From NCBI RefSeq assembly GCF_963506605.1, contig NC_083278.1, positions 48,856,001 to 48,920,000 on the forward strand: 64,000 bases of DNA, read 5' to 3'. Made by a program: the position numbers and the translations under genes. Origin of the DNA: Zootoca vivipara (Eukaryota). The stretch's first letter is position 1. Each line of letters starts with the position of its first letter. Of the stretch, positions 27,795-39,700 are shown one piece after another. The notes beneath the pieces were generated by a model. The model saw only the letters and a program-made list of their open reading frames with translations. It had not been told where the DNA came from and did no database searches.

Positions 27795-30700
27795 ATGTGT
27801 ACATACATACATACATACATACATACACACACTATTTTCAAATTAAGAGTTTCTGGTTTGGGAAATATTTTCTCAAACCATATTGGCTGGTGATCCAGTC
27901 GTGTATGGGTCTTCCTGGGTTTTCCTGTGGTGGTGGTGGGGGTTCTTTCCCTCACACATTTGACACATTTGTATCTGAAGAACTGTGCATGCACACGGAA
28001 GCTCATACCAGGCATCCCCAAACTTCGACCCTCCAGATGTTTTGGACTACAATTCCCATCTTCCCCAACCACTGGTCCTGTTAGCTAGGGATCATGGGAG
28101 TTGTAGGCCAAAACATCTGGAGGGCCGCACTTTGGGGATGCCTGGCTCATACCTATGAGAAACTTAGTTGGTCTCTAAGGTGCTACTGGAAGGAATTTTT
28201 TTATTTTTTTGTTTCGACTACGTCAGACCAACACGGCTACCTACCCGTAACAAGTACATTTGACACAGTTCAAGTTAAACATTTCTGGGTTTTTTGTGGT
28301 AAATATTCTTACTTGATTTTCTTTCATGCTCTATGAGACTGTAATCTGAAATCAGTGAGATTTACTGCTGAGTGAAACATCTTCAGCTGAATTGTCAGAT
28401 GTTCTAAAGAAGGACATCCAGTTCATTGAAACAAAAGATGGGCAGGGAGGGGATTCCTGGGCCCATATTTAAACTACAAACCTGTACAGCCCTAATTTAA
28501 TGAAAAGCTACTACTGTATACATTTGCCATTATGTATTATATTGGATCTTGTTCACAAACCAAATTATTCAATCAAATAATGTTTGATGGTCCTTCCAGT
28601 AGCAGCTTAGAGATCAACTAAGTTTGTTTCGGGTATGAGCTTTCGTGTGCATGCACACTTCTTCAGACTTAGTTGGTCTCTAAGGTGCTACTGGAAGGAA
28701 TGTTTTAACTGTCTGCTGAAATGGTTACCGTATATTTTATGGCTTGCTGGTAGCTGAGACTCATAAGCTGGGTTTTGTCACAGTTTTCTCTAGAATGGAA
28801 CATGGTTGTATTTTACCAGTTCTTATGTTATGCCTGACTGTGTATGTGCATCCATGTCCATGAGTGAGTGGATGTATGCATGCATGTTCAGACTCATGAT
28901 CTTTGTGCATGTTTGCACTAGGGTGTGACATACACGCTGCAGATGTTGATTGTTTGTGGTGCTTTCAAGAAGTAAAGAGCAAAGTAATGTTTCTAAAAGA
29001 AACTAGTCAACTTTCTCTGCAATGGTTAAACATAGATTGTGTGTGTGCATTCTGATCCTATCCTTGGCTGTAATTACAAGGGCTGAGCTGGTTTGCCTCC
29101 TTGAGACTGTAGGGGCCGAGCTCCTGTTGTCCCAGTGCCACCATTGCCTCCCATAGGTTTCAGTTGGACTCAAATTAATTGGGTAGAAGCACTGGATGTA
29201 AGAATGAACTAAATAAGGCAAATAAATGCCATGATATTTTATTTTTGGGTGCTGTTGGGATTCTAGGTATTGAGCTCCAAGACCTGCAGAAAAAAATAGA
29301 TAATCTTCATAGTCCCTCAGATCCGAAGAAAGTAGCCCAGATGCTGAGCATGCACAGAGAAGTTACACTTCTGCAGTTTGAGGCAGCTGTCAGACATTCT
29401 GTGCGGTAAGAGATTAGCATAGTTCAAAAATAAGGATGTTGATACAAGTTTGGGGGAAATGTCAAAAGGAAAGATCTGGCAGGTGTTTTCTTTAAGGCTG
29501 AAACCACACATTATGAGAAGTTGTACATCACTTTCCCTTGACTCTTTAAATTTCTTTTAACCAAAAGCTGTCATATGAAGATGTAGATTTAAATAGAGGA
29601 GGGGAGATGCACAGAGGCTGCCTATTCCCCCCTCCCACGCCCCCCCCCACCCCTGGCCATGTGCCCCACTCAAAAGTAGCTCCCTGCTGTTTTCCCATTT
29701 ATTTGAGAAAACATACAAGTACCACTATCTTTTCCCCTGGCAGCTAAAAAGCAGCTTGGGGCAGGGGCGAATTTTTTGAGGACAAAAATGTCAGTGAAAA
29801 AGTGTTAAACAACCTATCTTTCTCCCCTGCCCCATCATTCCTTCATTTAAATTTGCAGCTTCTTGAGTTTTCTTTTACAGTAGTTGTCTTTTATATATAT
29901 ATTAGCTGGGGGAAGTTGTGCATGATGTGGGTTTGTGCGTTTCAGCCTCTGATTCCAAAACTTATAATAGCAGCGCCGCCTGCGTTCTTACACCTGTTGT
30001 TTTGCTTTTATTGGAAACCTTTTTGAAAAACAAATTCTAAAAATAGCAGGTTTCGGTATTGTGCACCAAAGCCACCTTTAAAATTTCTGATCATGGGAGG
30101 TGTACATCTAGCAATATTTTAAACACTGATTAATCTTAAGAAGATATATAATAAAGATATTTAAATGTATTCTTTGTTCATTTCCATGTGTTGCAAAAAG
30201 GTGCTTCATTTCTGTGTTTTTGTAGAACCCTATGCTGTAAAATATAGATTTAAGAAAGTTGGTCATTCAGATTATTTAATCTGCATATTAGCTAATAAGA
30301 AGTTTTAAAATAATATAGCAGCCTTCACTAACCAGGTCCCCTCTAGAAGTTTTGGACTACAGTTGCCATCCATCCCGAAGTACACCGTCATGCTAATTTT
30401 CTAAATTATGGATGTATGGTGCAGTTTGAAAATAAGTACATGTTAAAATCAGACCTTTTTTAAAAAAAACCAAAAACAAAACATTGATTAATAAATAGGA
30501 AATAATTTTATCGTATTTGCTTTTATAATGTTTTTCCCCCCTGGTAACCCTCCAGAGAAGCATTTTTATCATATGGAAATGTTTCTGCCTATCAGAGCAT
30601 TACGGATCACATTTACCATGGGTTGCCTCCCATAAGTAACACCATTGTTGGAAGTGCCTTTGCTTCCCAGCTCCAGCTTCCACAGCCACTCGATCCACAT

Positions 30701-33700
30701 GGCCACAGAGTGAGTAAAATAGTCTTCCAAAGATTCCTCTTCCTTAACTGTTTCCTTCTCACTTGTATCATTGTTAGCTGTGCAATCAGCAATATATCTT
30801 TGTTGAAAAAACCAACATGTTTCCTTGGGGTATTTCTCAAAGTACAAAAGGTTTCATCACAACAGTCTCTGGTTTTTTTAGCCATTTCTCTTTAGACAGT
30901 CCACTCTATTCCCCCAGCAGTGGCATAACTGATGCCAAAATTTGAGCCTTTTGAGCCTCTTGCATCCTAAATCTCAAGATGGCTTAGGACCCAACACACT
31001 TGGTCTTAACTGCCGTCACAAGACAGCACAGTGTGGATAGCATGCAAAGGTGCAGTTCTTGCACAGAGTCAAGACCGGTGGCTCATTAACTGCAAACTGG
31101 CAGCTGCTGTGGGCACAGGACAGAATTGGCTGCCAAAAGCAGATCACTGCTGTGCACTGCCCCTGGATCAACTGGTATATTGGGTCTAACTATATTAATG
31201 ATATAATTAGCAATCATATTGTGGGCTTTTAAAAAGTAAATACCAGGTGCATGGAGGGTGGGAGGGCAGAGGATGTCATCACTGGCAGCGCATCCTATAG
31301 GGAGAGGGCTTTAAGTCTTCCCTCCCCAACTGCAATTTCAGTAAAATTTCACCTTCCCCGCACATGGCAGCTAGCATTATTAGGAAAATACACCTTGTTT
31401 ATGTCAATGCAAGTTTTATCCTAATACTATTTGCCATATGAAGGGGTAGATTTAAAAAAGGCTTAAGCCTCCCCATGTATTGCTACCGTGTTTCTCATAT
31501 TATAAGACATGTCTTATATTTATTTTTTCCTCAAAAAAACCCACCATGGCTTATTTTCAAGGGATGTCTTATTTTTATTACAGTACATGGGTAGTGCAGT
31601 AGCTCCCCCCGCTATCGTGTTTTGTGTGTCCTGTTGCGAGTGTGTGTCCTCTCGCTCCCACACCGGGCAGTGAGCTGGGGAGCGGAGGTGGTTTTGCTGA
31701 GTTGATTGAGTCAGGCAGGCAGGCAAGGGAGTCACCCTGCTATTTCGGATCGCCTGAGGAAACGTTTGCTGCTCTCTCCCCCCCCCCCATGCCTGCACCT
31801 CAGCCGGGCGCACATCCTCAACCCGCTTTGTGCGGCGGGGGCAAGATGCGCGTCAGAATGCAACCCCTCAGATTCCTTCCGCCCCTCCCTCGCCGCCAAC
31901 CGACCCCCACCCCATTTCCCCGCCTGAGGTAAAAAGTCCATACCTTAGTTAGAGCCGGTGACTGGCTGCCCAGCTACCATATGTGAAGGCCGAGGGAGGA
32001 GGAGGGGTGGGTGGGAAACCTCTCCTGGCCATTTCCTCACCTCCCTCGTTCGTTCGTGCGCTTGCCTGTCTGCAAGCGGGGGCTTCGCGCGGCGCGCGGA
32101 AAGGCTGCATCCGGGTCCCGGGGCTTCGCGCGGCGCGCGCAAAGGCTGCATCCGGGTCCCGGGGCTTCGCGCGGCGCGCGCAAAGGCTGCATCCGGGTCC
32201 CGGGGCTTCGCGCAGCGCGCGCAAAGGCTGCATCCGGGTCCCGGGGCTTCGCGCGCCGCGCACAAAGGCTGCAGCCGGGTCCCGGGGCTTCGCGCGCCGC
32301 ACACAAAGGCTGCAGCCGGGTCCCGGGGCTTCGCGCGCCGCGCACAAAGGCTGCAGCCGGGTCCCGGGGCTTCGCGCGCCGCGCACAAAGGCTGCAGCCG
32401 GGTCCCGGGGCTTCGCGCGCCGCGCACAAAGGCTGTAGCCGGGTCCCGGGGCTTCGCGCACCGCGCGCAAAGGCTGCAGCCGGGTCCCGGGGGTTAACGC
32501 AGCAGCAGCATCCGGTTCCGAGCAGCCCCCTTCCTTTTCCTCTTCTTTGCCACAGACCTGCGGTATGGCTTATTTTCGAGGTATGCCTTATATTTTGCCA
32601 CCTCAGAAAAATCCTGCCATGCCTTATTTTGTAGGGATGTTTTATAATGTGAGAAACACGGTATGCATATGGCATTTTTTTTCCTCCAGCTTTTCTCTGA
32701 TCTAGTATTTAGAGTTGCATCCAATGAAGTTACACTGGTACCTCGGGTTACAGACTCCGCTAACCCGGAAGTAGCACCTAGGGTTAAGAACTTTACCTCA
32801 GGATGAGAACAGAAATTGTGCGCCGGTGGCGCGGCAGCAGTGGGAGGTCCCATTAGCTAAAGTGGTACCTCAGGTTAAGAACGGTTTCAGGTTAAGAACG
32901 GACGTCTGGAACGAAATAAGTTCTTAACCAGAGGTACCACTGTATTTTGATTAACACAAGAACTTTTACCTGTAAGCATTGAGCAGCTGTTGGGTAGTTA
33001 CATCAAGTCCCACAGGGATCTTCTTTTGTACCTGGCTTGATTTCAAGCTGAACTGTAAAGGATAAAAGGAAAGAATAGGAGCATGATTTGGTGAAGTTGG
33101 GTAGCCTTACTGCCACTTTCTGCCTAGCAGAGAAAGGTGCATACTGTTAGTGAAACTGCATTTTAGGGTATTTGGTTTATATGTGCTTGTAGCTTAATAT
33201 TACATTTTAAAGTTGCAACTCTTTATTTTTAGGCACTGTTGTTGTTCCCCTGGAGAACATTCCTAGCAAACACAGGTCCATTTCCTGTTATTATCAGCAA
33301 CCTAGACCCCATAAGCTATAATATGCAGGTATGGTACTCTTATTACTTCCAATGTGCATATTAAATTCAACTGGGGGCTGCCATCCCTACTAACCAACCC
33401 AACTTAGAATTGTTTTTATGCGCAATTGTTCTTAACCGTTTTTATATATGTATCCTTAATATATGTTGTTATGTACTGAGCTGAATCCTAGAACAATAGG
33501 ATTCAGAATCAGCGGGAGCTACCCAATCCAACTCCAGGTGGAAGTGAATCCGCAACCTGATTGGCCTGCTGGAGCAGCCAATCAGGCGGCTGGCAGAAGT
33601 GAATCTGCTACCTGATTGGCCTGTAGGAGCAGCCAATCAGGCTGCAGGCAGAAGTCAATCCACAATATAATTGGCCCACAGGTGTAGCCCTGAAGTAGCC

Positions 33701-36700
33701 AATCACGCAAGGCCCATTGTGTAAATAATGTATATAAGCAGATGGTTTGGGGAAAAGAGCCATTCTTCTTCTCCTTGATGACTATGAGCTGAATAAAGAG
33801 CATGAAATTCACTCTCGACTCCGAGTGCATTTCATATGTCATTATATTGTAAATTGCTTTGAGGTGCCTTGTCATGGGAATGAATGAATGAATAAAGTAT
33901 TTTGCAAGTAAAAATTGACTGACTGACCTTTCTAGCTATGTCTGTGCGGACTGAACGATGAGGATCGAAAAGTAGCCCATGGGGAGCTGGTCGAGATGCA
34001 GCTTGCAATGGAGGATATACTCTGGAGTAATTATGAGGGTCTGAATGGTCACGGAGAACAGAGAACACCTTTCGGAAAGGTAAATTAGAGACAGCAACAC
34101 ATTGACACCATCTTTGCATGAACGGTTCAGTTTAATGTGTTTTTATTCCTTTTCTGTAAAAAGATCTAGTCAAGTTTCAAGTTCAACAAAATCACATGGC
34201 TGCAGCATTTGCTGGAATGTAGCATGTTAGAAGATACTAGTGGTTTTCAGCCCGTTCAATAACGGGCGCTAGAATCCTGGGGTTCGGAGAAGCGCTTGCG
34301 CAGCGTGTCTCCGAACCCTGGGACCTGTCCTTGCTGTCGGTGGCAGGGGGACAGGAACGGAGGAGGAGAAAGCGCTGCTTTCTCCTCCTCCGTTCCTCTC
34401 CCGCAGCCGCCGACAGGAAGCAGACATCCCAGGGTTCAGAGAAGCGCTTGCGCAGCGCTTCTCCGAACCCTGGGACCTGTCCTTGCTGTCGATGGCAGGG
34501 GGACAGGAACGGAGGAGGAGAAAGCGCTGCTTTCTCCTGCTCCGTTCCTCTCCCGCAGCCGCCGACAGGAAGCAGACATCCCAGGGTTCAGAGAAGCGCT
34601 TGCGCAGCGCTTCTCCGAACCCTGGGACCTGTCCTTGCTGTCGACGGCAGGGGGACAGGAACGGAGGAGGAGAAAGCGCTGCTTTCTCCTCCTCCGTTCC
34701 TCTCCCGCAGCCGCCGACAGGAAGCAGACATCCCAGGGTTCGGAGAAGCGCTTGCGCAGCGCTTCTCCGAACCCTGGGACCTGTCCTTGCTGTCGGCGGC
34801 AGGGGGACAGGAACGGAGGAGGAGAAAGCGCTGCTTTCTCCTCCTCCGTTTCTCTCCCGCAGCCGCCGACAGGAAGCAGACATCCCAGGGTTCGGAGAAG
34901 CGCTTGCGCAGCGCTTCTCCGAACCCTGGGACCTGTCCTTGCTGTCGGCGGCAGGGGACAGGAACGGAGGAGGAGAAAGCGCTGCTTTCTCCTCCTCCGT
35001 TCCTCTCCCGCAGCCGCCGACAGGAAGCAGACATCCCAGGGTTCGGAGAAGCGCTTGCGCAGCGCTTCTCCGAACCCTGGGACCTGTCCTTGCTGTCGGC
35101 GGCAGGGGGACAGGAACGGAGGAGGAGAAAGCGCTGCTTTCTCCTCCTCCGTTTCTCTCCCGCAGCCGCCGACAGGAAGCAGACATCCCAGGGTTCGGAG
35201 AAGCGCTTGCGCAGCGCTTCTCCGAACCCTGGGACCTGTCCTTGCTGTCGGCGGCAGGGGACAGGAACGGAGGAGGAGAAAGCGCTGCTTTCTCCTCCTC
35301 CGTTCCTCTCCCGCAGCCGCCGACAGGAAGCAGACATCCCAGGGTTCGGAGAAGCGCTTGCGCAGCGCTTCTCCGAACCCTGGGACCTGTCCTTGCTGTC
35401 GGCGGCAGGGGGACAGGAACGGAGGAGGAGAAAGCGCTGCTTTCTCCTCCTCCGTTTCTCTCCCGCAGCCGCCGACAGGAAGGACGCGCGCACTCTCCCC
35501 CCCGCCTCCTCCAACCGCCGCTCCTCACGGCCAGGGAGGGTTGTGAGGAGGCCTTCGCCGGCCTCCACCCTCGCTTTCCTGACGTGCCCTGCAGTGAGGC
35601 GGTGTCCGGCGGGAGCGGCGGTTGGAGGAGGCAGAGTGGGGGGAGAGTGCGCGCGCGCGCAGTCTCTGCTGTCCAATCCCTGTATCCCTGGGGCACATGC
35701 GCAGTGACCCAGGGACACACGGGACAGCTTGGACGCAGGGACATCTTGGACATTATTATATAGGATTATATGGGATCTTATATTAGAATTGTATACCACT
35801 GTATATATGAATATGAAACTTCTGAATGTAAACTGGCAGGTGTGTGTCTGGCAGAAGTGACTTACACAAGTGGCACAGTAGATAACTGAGTCAATCAGAA
35901 TGCTAACAAATGTGGTATATGGTTTTGTATCTCTTGAGGTTCTTCTCTTTACCAATGTGGCTAGTGTGAGGTGATGCAGCTTTTGTGTCTAAAACATCTG
36001 CTCTGCTACATTTTCTCTGCCTGCAACACTGGCAACTCTAGTTAACCTTGTAATGCTGCCCTGCCCTGTGTCAGTCTGGCACTGTACATTTTTCGCTCCA
36101 TAAGATGCACCTGACCATAAGACGCACTTAGTTTTCAGAGGAGGAAAGGGGAAAAGCCCTGTTTTTTTGGGGGGGGGGGATCAGCTCACAGTTGTGCAGC
36201 TTCTTTTGCAAAGAGGAAAAGCCCCATTTTTAAAGGATCAGCTCAAAGTTGTTGAGTTTACTTTGCAAACATCTGCTCTGCTACATTTTCTCTGCCTGCA
36301 ACACTGGCAACTCTAGTTAACCTTGTAATGCTGCCCTGCCCTGTGTCAGTCTGGCACTGTACATTTTTCGCTCCATAAGATGCACCTGACCATAAGACGC
36401 ACTTAGTTTTCAGAGGAGGAAAGGGGGAAAGCCCCGTTTTTTGGGGGGGGGATCAGCTCACAGTTGTGCAGCTTCTTTTGCAAAGAGGAAAAGCCCCATT
36501 TTTAAAGGATCAGCTCAAAGTTGTTGAGTTTACTTTGCAAAGGGAAAAAATCCTGTTTAACTCACAGTTCTGCAGCTTCTGATAATCTAATCAGCCAGTC
36601 ACATGTTGCTGGGGAAACAAACAGCCTCCCTCTGCAGAACATTCAACAATGGAGGCTGGGGCAAGGGGGCGGAAGGAAGGAAGCTAGCTTCCCTTATCTA

Positions 36701-39700
36701 CCTCTCTGATATCTTGCAATCAGCTGCTGAGTGGCTTCCTTTCAACACCCTCTTTCCCTCTTGTTAGCCTTTAGCTCTTTCTAAAATAAAAAAGCACGAT
36801 CTGCTTTTTGCCCCTGGGCAATTTGGCTTCAGGGACCACACATTTGCTCCATAAGACACACAGACATTTTCCCTTACTTTTTAGAAGGAAAAAAGTGCAT
36901 CTTATGGAGCGAAAAATACGGTATTCAGTCTCTCTAATCCTCGCTCACATATACGCAGAGAAGTCGAGTCTCCCTTCAATTCACTCAGTGTGGAATGGGT
37001 TTTTGTGTAGGAGAAGCGGAGAGGATAGCTTCCAGCCGTGGGCCATTCCATTGTCACGGGTGGGACACTTGGACCATGTTTTTTGGTATTCACACATGTG
37101 TAAGAATGTAAATATACATAAAAATTAACAACCAAAATTTGAACTATGTTCTTAATAAGATACTGAACATTTTACTAATTTTTTATTATTTTTATGGATA
37201 TTTTTGACAATTTTATTAAATGTTAAAGTATTGTCACGGGTGGGACAAAAAAAGGACATGGAGCTTGAGATAAGTTTGATTTATGGAAAAACTCTGTGAG
37301 TTGGGAGGTGAATCAATTATAAACTCAGCATATCTGTTTAAATCAATGTTTATTGGTTACAACTATGCAATCAGAAATTTAGGTTAAGAAATTTAATGAT
37401 ACAAAATTAAGGAAAAAATGCTGTCACGGGTGGGACAATGAAATGTCACGGGTGGGACGCGTCTGGCATACACTTGATTTAACATACAATTAAGGTTGTT
37501 AAAAATGGAATAATTACAAAAAAACCTTTTGCTATTACTATACTTACTATCTACTATAGCCTACAAAGTATAATGTTGTATTTACTAAAATTAAAATCTA
37601 TTTAAAAAATATTTTCTTCTAGTCCATCTCTGGGCCAATCAACCACTTTCAAACACATCTACATTTTCAGTAAATTCATAAAAAATGCTCCTTCTGACTC
37701 GTTTAACATTAGGTTGGGGTAAGATACTAAGAATATGTTCAAACTGCACATATGATATGTCTTTTTCATCAACTTGAAACAGCTTTCCAGAATTGTTAAC
37801 TGCTCGCATACACATCACCTTGACTTCTCCATCATCTTCAACATTACTTTGGCATATTGCAGCATATCTATATTTAGTAGGCCTGGTTCTTTGTCTTTTT
37901 GTAGTTGTTTCAAATTCAACTAAAACATATGTCCCAATAGTCACTCCATCAACGAACGGCTTCACTCCAACCACCGGCACATCTGTTTCATTTGTACAAC
38001 TTGCTACACCATCTTGTTTTTCTGTGTCACTATCAGAATCTCTGTAAACATCAGAAACTTTTAACTTGAACAGTTCTGTGAAGACTACGTGGGTGGACTT
38101 TTGAAAAGAAGGTCCATAAACTAAACTTCTTTTGTCTTTAGCTTTAAAAAAATGGTTGGACTGCACATTTGGAATCTTCCTCACCAAAGTCCAGCGCTCA
38201 TCTAGCATCGCCATATTTGCACTGATATCAGTAGGCATTAAAAGGACAAACTTCACTCTCGGTACTGCTTTTTCAGCACATTTAACAAAATCTGAGGCTG
38301 AATTGATTACTACTCTCCTTTGTTTCACTGCATTCCAAACTGCTTGCTTAGTTAATCCACCAATCCCATCCACGGCACCCTTGCCGTGGGATGTAGCAAA
38401 AAAAAAAAACCCATTCCCCATCAACACCAAAGTCTTCAGGCATAAAACACAGATTGGACAGTGTGTACTTATTTTTGAACTGACCAGCACACCCATCAGA
38501 AAAGATTTTGACCTTTGTCAGTCTGTTAAATTCTTTCTTAAGTTCTTCAATTATGGCTTTTAGGCATGCATATACTGAGTATTTGTCGTGGGTTAAGTGA
38601 TCCGAAACCACGGCAAAAGAACGTACTTTGCCTTGAGTCCAAGCGCAACCAGTAAATACTGTGATTTGGTTGTGGGTCCAGTGTGCACTTTGGATTTCAT
38701 CTTGCGATGTTGCCAAATAGTTTTCAGCAAAATCCACTTGAAGAATCACCTCATCATCAGCTACTGTGTCCTTCATATTTTTGAAAGCTTTAGCTTGTAA
38801 TTGCTTTACAAAGAAGTGCTTCTTAAATTTACTAAATTGATTTTGTAGCTCATTGACAGCTTCTTCTATGGTTCCTTTTGCTTCAAAAACCTTAGGCCGG
38901 CTAGAACAGTCATCTTTCCATTGCTTCCAGAAAATCTCAGACGACATGTTTAAGTCTTCATCAATTAGGGTGTGCAAATTAAGTACACACTTTTTGCATT
39001 CACCATTCATGCACTTTTCATTTTCCAAATCACAACAAGTAAGGCTCAAAAGATCAGAATGTGTGGAAGGGAAAAAATGTCTTTCCTACTTATGGCTTCA
39101 ATTAGGAAATTGAAATTAGCGTGGTATTTGCAAACGCAAACATTGTGTGGCATTTGAGAAGCAAAGTCAATATTTTTAGGCCTCAGTTCATAAAATTTTG
39201 ATTTGCTGATTTCAACTGTTGGGTTATCAATCTTAAATAAGGCATAGGCCTCTTGGACTGTCATATTCATATGCCGCTTTTGGATTTTGATTCTTTTTCC
39301 ACTTGTTGGATCTTTAATAGATTTGACATCCTTAATTCCTGGTGCCTGCCTGTTAATCTCATCTGAATTATAAAACTCATGGACCTTTGAGATATTATCT
39401 TGTGAAATAATAGAACTTTTGGTGTTCTGTTTAGGGCTTTTATCAAATAGTGTTTTTGGCACTTGAGGTGAACTCTCATACACAAGCTTTCGTAACACGG
39501 CTATTCTTTTCCGTGGACTTAATGGCAACACTCTTTTAACTTTGGTAACAGCCTTTCCAAGAGATTGTGGGCATTTAAATGACCCAATCTCTGGAATAGT
39601 AGTGTCGCCAATTGGCCTAGATTCTTTTTCTTTTATCTTTTGTCTGTACTTTCTTTTGCACTCAGTTTCTTTCCGTCTGTATTCCATAAGTGATTTTGCA

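Noticed and set aside
31945-32675. Six overlapping Arg/Ala/Pro-rich ORFs
   Set aside because: Translation of the 41-bp minisatellite; open in all frames and no domain.
34274-35482. CRISPR-like array of palindromic repeats
   Set aside because: No unique spacers (units are near-identical end to end), vertebrate intron context, no cas genes.
34269-35955. Five overlapping 416-494 aa ORFs on both strands
   Set aside because: Artefacts of a stop-poor GC-rich 152-bp tandem repeat; the same peptide blocks cycle through the frames.
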